Below, in pieces: positions 51,001 through 63,791 of a stretch of 64,000 nucleotides of DNA. Numbering within the stretch: position 1 is the stretch's first letter; the number at the start of each line of letters is the position of its first letter. This DNA comes from Rhizophagus irregularis (lineage: Eukaryota), in the NCBI RefSeq assembly GCF_026210795.1, contig NC_089430.1:5270001-5334000 (forward strand), read 5' to 3'. Position numbers and translations under genes: made by a program. Under the pieces are notes generated by a model. That model was given only the letters and a program-made list of their open reading frames with translations, was not told the origin of the DNA and searched no databases.

Positions 51001-53380
51001 CTATAAATGTAATAATACTTAGTAAAAATTAAAATATTTAAATTTTGCTAAATAAGTTTACTGTACCTTATTTGTAAATTTTATTGTAATATTTTTTGAA
51101 TTATTTAAACTCTTCAAATTTACAAACATATTATAACCTTCTCTTTTCCAATTTTGAATTTTGCTATCAAAATTAGTTATATATCCATCAATCCAATTTG
51201 CTCTATACACTTTGCCAAATTCATCTTCTGCAATATATTTAATATTATATAATCTATCATAAGGTATCCATTCTAACATTTCTTTTAAATCTTTATGAGA
51301 TGATAACTGAGTATCTTGAATAAATTTATCAATATCATTATTACCACTAGTCCAATCTATGAATTTATATTGAAAGTATAATGCATTACATTTACTGTTA
51401 CACTTTTTACATTCATTATTCAAAACCATCATGTAATTGTTTGTTTCCGGATCTTGAGTTATTCCAAAAGGTATATCGATCTATAAATACAAATAAATTA
51501 GTAGAAATTAAAAAAATCAAATTTTACTGGTATTAAATTTATTATACCTCATTTGTAAATTCTATTGTAATGTTTTTTAAATTACTTAAATTTTTCAGTA
51601 TTACATCCTCACTTCTATATCTTTTCCAATTTTGATTTTCATTATCCCAATATTCTATTCTTCCATCAATCCAATTTGCTTTATACACTTTACCAAACTT
51701 ATTTTTTGAAAAATCATCCAGTCTATCATAAGGTATCCATTCTAATGCATTTCCTGCCCAATAATTATGTACTGATAACTGAGTATCTTGAATAAATTTA
51801 TCAATATCATTATTACCACTAGTCCAATCTATGAATTTATATTGAAAGTGTAATGTATTACATTTACTGTTACACTTTTTACATTTATTATTCAAAACCA
51901 TCATGTAATTGTTTGTTTCCGGATCTTGAGTTATTCCAAAAGGTATGTCGATCTATAAATACAAATAAATTAGTAAAAATTAAAAAAATCAAATTTTACT
52001 GGTATTAAATTTATTATACCTCATTTGTAAATTCTATTGCAATATTTTTTAAATTACTTAAATTTTTCAGTATTACATCCTCACTTCTATATCTTTTCCA
52101 ATTTTGATTTTCATTATCCCAATATTCTATTCTTCCATCAATCCAATTTGCTTTATACACTTTACCAAACTTATTTTTTGAAAAATCATCCAGTCTATCA
52201 TAAGGTATCCATTCTAATGCATTTCCTACCCAATAATTATGTACTGATAACTGAGTATTTTGAATAAATTTATCAATATCACTATTACCACTAGTCCAAT
52301 CTATGAATTTATGCTGAAAGTATATTGCGTCACATTTACTGTTACATGTTTTACATTCATTACTATTTAAAACCATAATGTAATTGTTTGTTTCCGGATC
52401 TTGAGTTATTCCAAAAGGCATATTGATCTACAAATACAAATATATTAGTAGAAATTAAAAAACTTCAAAATTTATTGGTCGGTATTAAGTTTATTATACC
52501 TCATTTGTAAATTCCATTGCAATGTTTTTTAAATTACTTAAACTTTTCAGAAAAACATCCTCATTTTTATATCTTGCCCAATTTTTATTTTCATTATTCC
52601 AATGTATTATTTTTCCATCAATCCAATTTGCTTTGTACACTTTGCCAAACATATATTTTGCAATATCGTCCAGTCTATCATAAGGTATCCATTCCAATGC
52701 ATTTGATATTTCACTATCTTTATGAGATGATAATTGAGTATCCTGAATAAATTTATCAATATCGTTATTACCACTAGTCCAATCTATGAATTTATATTGA
52801 AAGTGTATTGCATTACATATACTGTTACACTTTTTACATATATTACTATTTTTTAAAACCATAATATAATTATCTGTTTCCGGATCTTGAGTTATTCCAA
52901 AAGGTATATTGACCTACAAATACAAGCATATTAGTAGAAATTAAAAACTTCAAAATTTTACTGGTATTAAATTTATTATACCTCCTCATTTTTAAATTTT
53001 ATTGTAATATTTTTTGAATTATTTAAACTTTTCAGAATTACATCCTTACTTCCATATCTTATCCAATTTTTATTTTTATTATCCCAATATTTTATTTTTC
53101 CATCGATCCAATTTGCTTTATACACTTTGCCAAATTTATTTTTTGCAAAATTATCTAGTCTATCATAAGGTATCCATTCCAATGCATTTGATATTTCACT
53201 ATCTTTATGAGCTGATAACTGAGTATCTTGAATAAATTTATCAATATTGTCATTACCACTAGTCCAATTTTTGAAATTTCGCTGAAAATGCATTGCGTGA
53301 CATGCATAATTACATTTTTCACAACTCTTGACACGTGATAACTTAGTTATCTTCTTAATACTTTTGATAAAGGGATCCAT
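45022..53380 (-). CDS. TKL-type kinase C with 14 tandem N-lobe modules (about 2319 aa)
   Basis: Exons 53380-52982, 52913-52500, 52427-52020, 51952-51548, 51480-51067, 51000-50578, 50511-50086, 50019-49603, 49536-49129, 49061-48648, 48580-48158, 48091-47687, 47618-47205, 47138-46710, kinase exon 46615-45736, six tail exons to about 45022; all module exons are multiples of 3. Confidence 0.9.
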
Positions 53381-54467
53381 TGACTTTTAAGTTATTTCTA
53401 ATGAATTCAGGTTTATAGGATATCTAAAGGATGTATGAATAAAATTTTTTTAAGCTTAATAAATATACGGAATTTTTCGGATGTACACTAATTAACGAAT
53501 TACGCAATGATGCATTGTGCAACAAAGTCTATTTTGTTTACGGATGTCTATCCCAAACACTTATTAGTTTAGGAATATTCTATGTAGATCACGTCAAACT
53601 ACTATGTAGTTCGTCTAACCCATTGTCCCAGCCTATGATCAGTCAATAGTAAATAAGCACATGATTTTTACCTTTCATACGACTGTTATTTATTAAAGTC
53701 ACCTTAATTGATCAATCAATGAATTTGATTTTGGATAATAAGAACTAATTTTGTGGATTCTAGTTTGTAAAATAGTTAACACTAGTAAATGGTCAAATCG
53801 TGGCATCTTAAAATTTTGTCTTAATAACAAGTTATTACTAACTAATTAGGGTTCTTTAAGACAATGTGAGTTTTATAATTATAAACAATTTTTTACTGTA
53901 TATTGTGAACATTTATTATTCCAAAATGTTTTAGATTTACAGTTTTACACACAAAACTTATAAACTAGATAAGTAAGACATTAAAAAGATCGAGTCTGAT
54001 ATTTTAATAAAAAAAAGTCATATATTTTTTATTTCTCAATTAAAAATGTCAAGTTTATAACCTTTTGATTTTTATTTTTTTGATTAATCTATATGACAAC
54101 GTCACATCTAGACGTACCCTCTGTAAAAAATAATTTTGAATTGTCTAACGTATTACGTTTGCGCCTGGTCTATAGATTTTTGTTCTCTATTATTATGGTT
54201 AAAGTGGTTTGATTGGTAAATTCATAACATAAATGCCAATTATCTCTTTATTTCACCAAAATTTAATGATTTTAATCATGATTGAAGGTCCCAGAAAGAT
54301 CAATTCATGTGACTTTTTGGGCGGACCAAAATAATCAGGTTGGGTCAGTTAATTATTAATGACCAAAAGTTATTTTTTTTTTAATTATACACATGTGTAT
54401 ACGCTTATTCATTGTTTTAACTGTTTTTAAATTTTTTACCTATTTTTTTAGTAAGATATTTTTTTGT

Positions 54468-55624
54468 GGGTATTGCTAAATCTCACCAGCAGTGATTATC
54501 ACCACCGGTGATTGTCACACTTAATTTCAGCTAAAAATTAAAATTTGGCCAGAGTTATAAAATGCCGGTTTATAATTTTGGCCGGAGTTAAAAAATACTG
54601 ATCTCTAAATTTTATTCTAAAATAACTAGTTGTAACCTGTTGCGTTGCAACAGAATCAAATGAGTTTAAATCAATATAACCAGCGTGAAAAAAAAGTTTG
54701 CAAAAATTGTGGAATTTTACCGGCAAAGCATAACAATTCCGGAAATTTATTTTTTCAACCGGAATATGACCAGAATTAAAAATATCTTCGATAAACTTAA
54801 TTTATTTTTAAAATATACCGGAAATCTGGCCGGGATCATAAAATTTTACCGGATTTATCAAAAATTTACCGGAAAAACCGGCTAAATTACAATAGATTTT
54901 TCACGCTGAATATAACAATAAAATATTTAAATAAGATAAAAATTCATAAAAAAAATATGTATAAAAATAAATGAAAAATTTCAAAAAAACCGGAATGAAA
55001 AATATTAAAAATTATTAAAATTTCGGTTAAAAGATCCGGTCTATCGAAAAAAGAATAATATTAAAAAAAAGATCCGATCTTCAAAAGTGACCGAAAAAAG
55101 GTGGATGATGCGATCAACCGCAGCAGCGATTGAATGTTCGGAACGTACACGTGACCCTACAGCCAATCAAATTATTTAAATCATAATAATCGTCAACCTA
55201 TGTCAAACGAGGTGTGTCAGGTGCGTCGAATGATTAGCTTTCCAAAAATCAGCCCATACGCGCAGACGAATCACAATTCAGTAATATTTATGCAGATTAA
55301 TCTAAACGTTACCGGATACACATGAATTTTTTTAATTATATAGATGAATACGTTAAAAAATATTGATTTGATGTTAACCATGACAAAATTTTGAAATTTT
55401 TCTCAAAAAAAAAAAAAACTTTTAGTAAAGTAAAAAAATTAAAAAAATCAAAATTTTACATTTTAGCGTTAGATATATTGTTTCTTGTAAATTTACATAA
55501 AAATAACTGTTTAATATGTGTAGTTGATTATTTAATTTAATATTAATCATATAAAATCCAAAAAACAGGACTGGTAAAAACCACCAGTGGTGACAATCAT
55601 CACTGATGACATTTTGACATTCTC
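54468..55624. mobile_element. Old non-autonomous TIR element with nested insertions
   Basis: Degenerate TIRs GGGTATTGCTAAATCTCACCAGCAGTGATTATCACCACCGGTG vs revcomp GAGAATGTCAAAATGTCATCAGTGATGATTGTCACCACTGGTG. Confidence 0.4.
54681..54908. mobile_element. 228-bp hAT-type MITE
   Basis: TIR CAGCGTGAAAAA/TTTTTCACGCTG; 8-bp TSD AATATAAC; ACCGG subterminal repeats. Confidence 0.88.
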
Positions 55625-55736
55625 AAGATTTTTTTTATAGCAATAGAGATTTATAAAGAATTTTGAGAATTTTTTTTTTTTTATAATAGATTGGTATAAA
55701 AAAATTATCTGGGATTTTTTTTTTAATAACAATAAA

Positions 55737-55888
55737 ATAAATTTATCAATATTATCATTACCACTGGTCCAATTTTTGAAGTTTTTTTGAAAACATATTT
55801 CGTAATATATGCGATTATATTTTTCACATTTCTTAACATGTGACGACTTAATTAGTTTCTTAATACTTTTGATAAAAGAATAATCCAT
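55737..55888 (-). pseudogene. 5' fragment of a fifth kinase paralog
   Basis: MDYSFIKSIKKLIKSSHVKKCEKY...WTSGNDNIDKFI then abrupt loss of homology; paralogous upstream region retained at 55890-56996. Confidence 0.85.
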
Positions 55889-56993
55889 CAACTTTTTTTA
55901 AAAAAAATTACAAATTAATTCTGTATTTAAAGATAAAAAATTGACTAAAAAAGATTTTTTTTTTAAACAAGGAAAGACTAATAAATGTTTTAATAAATAT
56001 ACAGAATATTTCGGGCATACGAATTAATCGAATTATGCAACGGATGCATTGTGTTTTCGGATTTTGATCAAAATCAATTGTTAACGTGAATTTGATTTTT
56101 GTTTGTGAATCCAAATTTGGGTTTTCTTATTAATTATTTTTGCATCACTTCGCTGCGCAAGTTATTTAGTTAGTTAGCTAATGCGAATATTAACATAATT
56201 ATGCATATAAGTGATATAACGATATCTATATAAACCCATACGAAAGTTTTAAAAGAGAAATATTAGTTGTTAATGATATTAGCAAATTATTATTAAGTAT
56301 AATTGCATCAATAGTATTAATTCCTAAAAATAGTCACATTAGTAGATTAATAGGAGATAAAGAAATTAAAATATTAATCAAGAAATTTATAAAAGAAAAT
56401 AGCGTGAGAGGAGAAATGGATTATAGTAATCATTTCTGTCTCAATTATTTAGCAGCCTGAACTAAGAAAAACAATATCAACTTAATCTTAGAGGATTAGG
56501 AATATAAGAAGAATAACAATATAAATTAGATAAAGAAATGATTATGATGCAGATAACACATCAATAACAATTTAATGTGATTGTTAAACTTGACTACAGT
56601 TGTGATTTAGAAAAAATTTTCCTTGATAGTTTCTTTGAATAAAAAAAGTATTTGTTGTCAATATTAACTTGGCCAATTGAGCTAGATGTAATATTTGGTC
56701 TAATTTTGCGAAATGAACACGATATAATACTTCAAGTTCGATAATGGCGAAATTTTTTAAACTTTAACGTTAAATCATACTTACTTACTTATTTTTGCAA
56801 ATTATCCATCAAGATATTTCTTCAAATAGCTTTCTCATAATGCAGTAATGTAAAATGTAAATGTCTTTAAGAAGCTTACCATTTTCAATAAATTCAACCA
56901 GTATAAATATTAGTTGCATAGCCTGATTATTTACTGCTGTTTATAATAAGAATTAACTTTTGGATTTAAATAATACTGTCACTTGCGGAATAA

Positions 56994-57031
<38 letters not shown>

Positions 57032-57311
57032 GAAGTCAACTTTATTTAGAAATAAGAAAAATTACAAAAAAGGAAAAGATCTACATTATATAACATTTAG
57101 TAAAGAACACGATCGAACTAGTACTATAATATTATTAGGGACTTAAGATTTTATGTTCAAAAGAACTATCTACCATCCTGCTCACCCAAATAGGTTCACT
57201 AAACTATCCGCATAACTACTACTATTCGTATGGACTTCGGTAATGTTATATAAAAACTCACCACAACTCCTTTAATTACTACTACAACATCAAAAGATAA
57301 TAAAAATAATA

Positions 57312-60300
57312 CTACAAAACACTACCGTAATCAACAATATTATAGTAATCTATTGTATTACCCCCAAAATAAATATGACTTTGAAGACTTTGTAGATTAA
57401 AGTATTTCTTATTTTTTGATTTACGCGTTTTGTCAATAAACTGCTCTTTACCAAAATGTTGTTTTTTAACATTTTTATCAATTCCCAAACCTCTATCAAT
57501 TTCATTAAGTTTATTACACCTCACTTTCCAAAAAATCATAGATTTATCCAAAATTTCATTCCTAAAATTATATGACAAAATTTCAACTTTTGATTTCGTA
57601 GATAATAATTGTTTAAAAAAATTAATTAACGAACAAGGAAAGAAACCTTTAATTAAATCTATGAAAGTTATGTGATCCTCTGATACTTCAAGTTTCCAAA
57701 TATCATTGAGATTTTTAATATGTTCAAGAGTAATATGATTAATAGGATCTAAAATTTTATTAATTTCTAAAAGAAGCCAATTTTGTACTCCTGAAATTAA
57801 ATCATCCATATCCTCTCGTCTTTCTTCACAAAACCAGATATGATTGAAATCTTCTTCATCCTCTTTACACATAGGACAAAACCTTTCTTTATATAATGAA
57901 AATAAAGTTCTTTTAATTTGTTCAATGCAAGGAAGTTCTTCAATCATCAACTGAATTTTGCGTCTTCTAATTTTTGATTCTTTGAAATCAGTGTATAATT
58001 TTTGTTTTTCTCCCAAAAAATTATTAAAAAAAATTGACCAATCTATTTCACATTTTCTATACTTATCATTTCTATTTAAATTTAAAAACCTTTCCAAATT
58101 TTTCGTATTGGTTGTTAATGTAATTAACTTTCTTAAAGATTTTTCTATAACTATGCCATTCCATTTGGGAATCCAAGGAAGATCATAAAAATTATTATAA
58201 TTTAAATTAATTCCTAAATTTTGATCATTATGTGCCAAAGAAACAATATTGTCGACATAATTATTTAAAGAATCATCTGTATGAGCATTAACTTTAAATA
58301 TATTAACAGATAAATTATTTTCTTTAATAATATCCATAATTATTTTCCAAAGAATGTTGTTATTACTAATTTTAAAAATTTGTCTAGTAACTAAAGTAAA
58401 ATTATAAAATTTAAATTTTTCAAAATTACTAATAACGCTAGCACTAGAGCTCCGAATGGGTCAGGTCAGGTCAGGTTAATTGATAAACCTGACCTGAAAT
58501 TTTTTTTCAGGTCAGGTCAGGTCAGGTTATATCAGGTTGTCTGTTTGACCTGACCTGACCTGAAACCTGAAAATTTTCAGGACTATTTTTATTAAAGTAT
58601 TGAAAAAAAACAGTACAAAACTTTTTTTTTTAATATAATATTATGAAAAAAAAACGTTTTTGCAACGTTTTTTATTAAAATATTGAAAAAAAATATTGCA
58701 AAACATTTTTTTTAATATAACATTATGAAAAAAATGTTTTCACAACGTTATTATTGAAATATCAAAAAAAAAAACGTTACGAAACATTTTTTTAATATAA
58801 TATTATGAAAAAACGTTTTCGCAATATTTTTTCTCAAAATATTGCGATTCAACATTTTTATATTAAAATCATATAAAAAAGTGAATCCCAATACTGCAAT
58901 TCACTTTTTTATATTGATTTTGTATAAAAAAAGTGAGTTGCGGTGTTGCGATTCACTTTTTTATATAGATTCTATATAAAAAAAAGTGAGTTGCGGTATT
59001 GCGATTCACTTTTATTATATAAAATCAATATAAAAAAGTGAATCGCAATACCGCAACTCACTTTTATTATATAAAATCAATATAAAAAAGTGAATCGCAA
59101 TGCCGCAACTCACTTTTTTTATATAGAATCTATATAAAAAAGTGAATCGCAATACTGCAACTCACTTTTATTATATAAAATCAATATAAAAAAGTTAATC
59201 GCAATACTGCAACTCACTTTTATTATATAAAATCAATATAAAAAAGTTAATCGCAATACTGCAACTCACTTTTATTATATAGTAGAATCAATAGTTTCAG
59301 GTCAACAGGTCAATCAGGTCAGGTCAATCTTCATACCTGACCTGAATTTCAGGTCAGGTCAGGTCAGGTTACCTGAATTTGGCTGACCTGTTCGGAGCTC
59401 TAGCTAGCACTATCTGTATAAACTGTTAAATTACTATTAGAAGGTGCTATTAGCAAAGTAATTAATAAAGCAAAAATTTCTGCACGTGTTGATGAAATCC
59501 AATTATTATAAGATGATATTAATTCCAAAATTTTTTGCAAGGACAAATTATAAAAAGTTGTTCCAAAAGTAGCTGATACATATTCTTTGGTAATATCTTT
59601 AATTGAACCATCTGTATAGCAAACAAAATCTTTAACATTTGAATCATATAAAATTTTTCTTGAATCAAATAATTTCTGTTTATCTAATGATAAATCTATA
59701 TATTTTTCAATAATATCTAAACTATTTTCATCAAAACGTAATTGATAATTATCATATGAAGAGTAATATAAAGGGTTTCGTTTAAAAAATTGATCATATC
59801 TTATAATATTTTCCATATAATTATGTTGTGCTTCCTTTAGAAGATATGCCTTATATCCCTTCCATTTAATAAGTCTTTTATATCTCACTTCATATATTTC
59901 AGTTTTCATTGATTCTATTATACATTTACCTTCTATTTGACCAATATTATATTCACAACCATTACACACTTTAATAAACAAATTAATTTCACTTGTGTTC
60001 GATATTCTTTTAAAATGTTCAAAAATATATGTAAAGGGCTTTTCTTCAATTATTTTTCCATAAATATTTTCAAAATGAAACATATTAAAAGATGTTATAA
60101 TATTATTAATATGAATATTAATTGGTAAAAATTCATAACCACCCAAATTTGTCACTACATTATTATCTATATATTCCTCTTTAACATTATAATTTTTTCC
60201 ATTAGTTGTAACTAAAGACTGAATTTTTTTATATATATTTGGCGTATTAACTACATTACTATTTCTATTATTACTAAGAGCAAATATCTTATTTTTTATA

Positions 60301-63300
60301 TTCCACCATTTCAGAAGAGTTTTGTTATCAGGAGATAAAAATTGGTCCAAAAAGTATAAATTATTCATACGTAAAATTTTTATATTTTTCAAAAAACTTT
60401 CAGTTCCAACAATTTCCATAATATGACGACCCCTTCCTAATACAGTACTATTTTTCCCAATATTGTGTTTATTAAATTCTATACTAAAATTATAACTTTT
60501 CATTAATAATAAATTATTAATAATAAAATTATTTCGCAAATGTTGACCCATAAAGATTAAATCTTTATTAGAAAAAGGAAAATTAATTAAAGGATTGAAA
60601 GGTAAAAGTAGTTTATTTTGAATATCTACTAAACGAATCTCCATTATTTTTCCTAGAATTCCTTGATCATTAATTTGAATTATAAAATTATTAACCTTAG
60701 CTTGCAATTGATTATCAAAAATTGAACGAATATTATATAATAAATTCAATTCCATAATTATATTTGGTGCAGTTGAAGCTAACTTTAATTTATTTTTAAA
60801 ATTTTTTCTATAAGGAACCATGATTTTTTCACAATCTTTTTCTGATAGTATTATCGTTTGTGTCCTATATTCGATACGTGGTAATATTACAGCATTAAAA
60901 ATATAGGAACTAATTTTATCTGTTATGCATTTGTTCTTCAGCAGGTTATTACTTAAATTTTTGACTTCATCAAAGGCTTGTTGTTTGATAAAATTGTTAT
61001 CATTATATATATTGAACCAAACACCCAAGATTCTAAGACTTTCTGTTTTTCCTTTAGGTTTGATTTTGATTTTCTGATTGCCAAATTCTAACTCTATTTT
61101 TTCATTAAAATTAAAATTCTTTTTCTTAAGTAACAATTCAGATTTTTCTTTATTTATTTATATCGTTAAGAGTATAGAAGTCATCAGCTGTTTTTAATAT
61201 TTTTTCTAATTCTTCTTTATTGCCAGCTAACATATTAGTATCATCCATATATGCCATGCTGGTAATGTTTTGTTTTACTTCTACCTCTATATTTTCATAT
61301 AAATTGATTTTCTTTTTTGCCTTTACACGATATCCAAAGTGTTCTTGCTGTATGGCAGTAAGAAGTGGATCATAATATATACACCACAAAAGTGGTGAGA
61401 TTATTTCCCCTTGATCGATTCCAACCATTACATCATATGGATTACTTAATCCTCCTGCTGTAAATACACTATTTTTCCGTCCTAAAAACAACTCTTTTGT
61501 TAAATTAATAAAAGAACTTGGTATTTTAAGACGTTGCATTGCTTTTTCTAACATAAAAATATTAACACGATCATACGCTTTTGACATGTCTAATGATAAA
61601 ATCCACAGTTCCTTATCATTCTCATTAGCATCTTGAATTATTTCATTAATAATTCTTAATGGTTCAAAAGTTGAACTGAAAGGCAATCCAGCAAATTGTA
61701 AACCTTTAAGAATTTTGTTTTTCTGAAGAATTGTTGATAATCTTGCATTCATTATTGATACCATTAATTTCCTAGCCGTTTCCAATAAAGTTATTGGGCG
61801 TGTATTAACTAGTTGACAACCCCATGGCTTTGGTTTTGGTATAGGATAAACATTAGCATATTTCCATTCTAATGGTATCTCTTGATTATTAAAAATTAAA
61901 ATAATTAATTTTCTAATAATTTCTTTAAATTCTGGAGATGTGTGTTTCAACATTTCATTACTAATACCCGTAGGTCCAGAAGCTTTATTATTAGATAATT
62001 TATTTAAAGCTTCATTCAATTCATCATTTGTAGGCTCTACCATCAAATCTTTATAAATTTTATCATTAATTTCATCTTGTGGAAAATAAAATTTTGCCCA
62101 ATATTCTGATAAAATCTTAGGTTGGTTTGTTGATCCTGCAATATTTTGAAAATGATCATTTACAATATCTTTTATTTTTTCTTTATCAGTGATTAATTTA
62201 TCTTCATTATTTTCTTTAATTAGAACTCTGTCTAATACAATGGATTTAATTTCACGTTCCATTACACTATTAATCATACGTTTTTGATTTTCTAATAAAT
62301 CTTCACAGCGTTGGTCAATTGCTAGTTTAATTTTTTCTTCTTTGAATTGTAAAAGATCGTGATTATATAGGATTAAATAAATTTGATATAAATTTTTTAT
62401 TTCTTCAAAAATTTCCTTGACACTTTTATCATCCTTAGGAATTTTATTCCAACAATAATCACTTTTTTCTCTTCCAATTTCCAATAATTTTTTTCTATAT
62501 GTAATCCAATTTCTGATCACATGATTTCTTTTTCTTGAATCTTTAATTGAACGTCTGAAATTTATTAAAAATTTCATTACTTTATATGCATTAGATATTT
62601 TCATTGGGTTGACTCGACTTTTAGTTAATTTGATTTTTTCTATTGGAATACAATTTTTACTAGCTTGAACAAGACCTTTTTTGATCTTATCCCATATATG
62701 ATTAATATTATTTTTATCGTTAAAATTAAATTTTAAAATTTCTGAATTTGAAATGTATTTATTAAGATCATTCTGAAATAATTCCCACTGCTCTCCATCC
62801 ATTTTATCATACTTATAAACTTCTTTAAATCCTTCCTTCCATTTGATATTAGCAATATTCCCAATCAAATCTTCTGACCATATTGAATACACTAACATTC
62901 TATGATCAGTATTAATTGTTGTTGTATTAACAATTTTGCATTCTTGTATTTCTGAAAATAAATTTTCTGTTACCCAAATGTAATCTATTCTAGAAGAATT
63001 TTGATTTGTATTAAAAGGATAGAAAGTATTTAAGGAATGTTGTGATAAATTATCGAACATGATATAGAAAGGATCATAAAAATTTTGTTCATCTTCAATC
63101 CATTCAAAAAGTTTATGTTCTTTTTTCATTTTACGATTATTATTTTTATCATCCAGATATTTTTCATAATGAAGATTAAAATCACCAAGAAGAATAATTT
63201 CTGCATTTTGTGCTTTACTTTCTCTAACCAATTCTTTGATTTTATCAAAATAAATTTTAACTTCTTGATTAAAATTATCTAAAGTAACTCGTCCAGATTT

Positions 63301-63768
63301 TCCATAATAATTAATGATTCTCATTTTTTTATTTCCACTAAAAATAAAATTAACATATATAATTCTTCCTTTGAAGCTATTATAATTGACTATATGCCGT
63401 GCATAATTTTTCTTAATAATAAGACCTACGCCATTTCCCCTATAATTAGTTTCCTCATTTGCAAAATAAGTAACATAATTATTTCTATAAAAATTAAAAG
63501 AATGTTTTGCCATTTTGTTCGATATATTAGTTTCTGATAGACCCAAAATAGTTATATTATATTCACCTAATATATCAATTAAGAATTGTTTTTTAACATC
63601 AGTTATACCTTTAAGCTATTTTAATTATATCTGATAAATTGAGTCGTTGACGTGTTTTCGGATGATAAATTTGTTGATTATTTAAATTTGAACGTGATTT
63701 TTGATTAACAGGGGAAGGATTATTATAATGTTTTTCTTAAAAGAATGTGTTTTTTTATTGTTCATCAT
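57312..63768 (-). pseudogene. LINE-B ORF2 (APE, RT, RNase H, C-terminal Cys/His motif), disrupted
   Basis: GLSETN, LGDFN, SRIDYIW, TDH; GIDQGE, AYMDDT; RNase H YTDGS, RAE, YTDS, KVNAH; CPMC-X8-H-X3-C. Frameshifts near 63730 and 61150, a deletion near 63613 removing the APE TxN motif, and a MITE at 58445. Confidence 0.93.
58445..59402. mobile_element. 958-bp hAT-type non-autonomous element
   Basis: TIR TAGAGCTCCGAA; perfect 8-bp TSD GCTAGCAC; (CAGGT)n subterminal repeats; internal ~52-bp hairpin units AAAAGTGAATCGCAATACYGCAACTCACTTTT. Confidence 0.95.
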
Positions 63769-63791
63769 TAAAGATAATATTTAAAGGGTAT

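Noticed and set aside
15214..53235. Recurring plus-strand ORFs such as MNKFINIIITT and MQCFLNYLN
   Set aside because: Antisense shadows that recur only because the exons are repeated
15806..53380. Many ~120-aa ORFs as separate small genes
   Set aside because: Each is bounded by AG/GT sites with TACTAA-like branch points and joins in frame; they are exons
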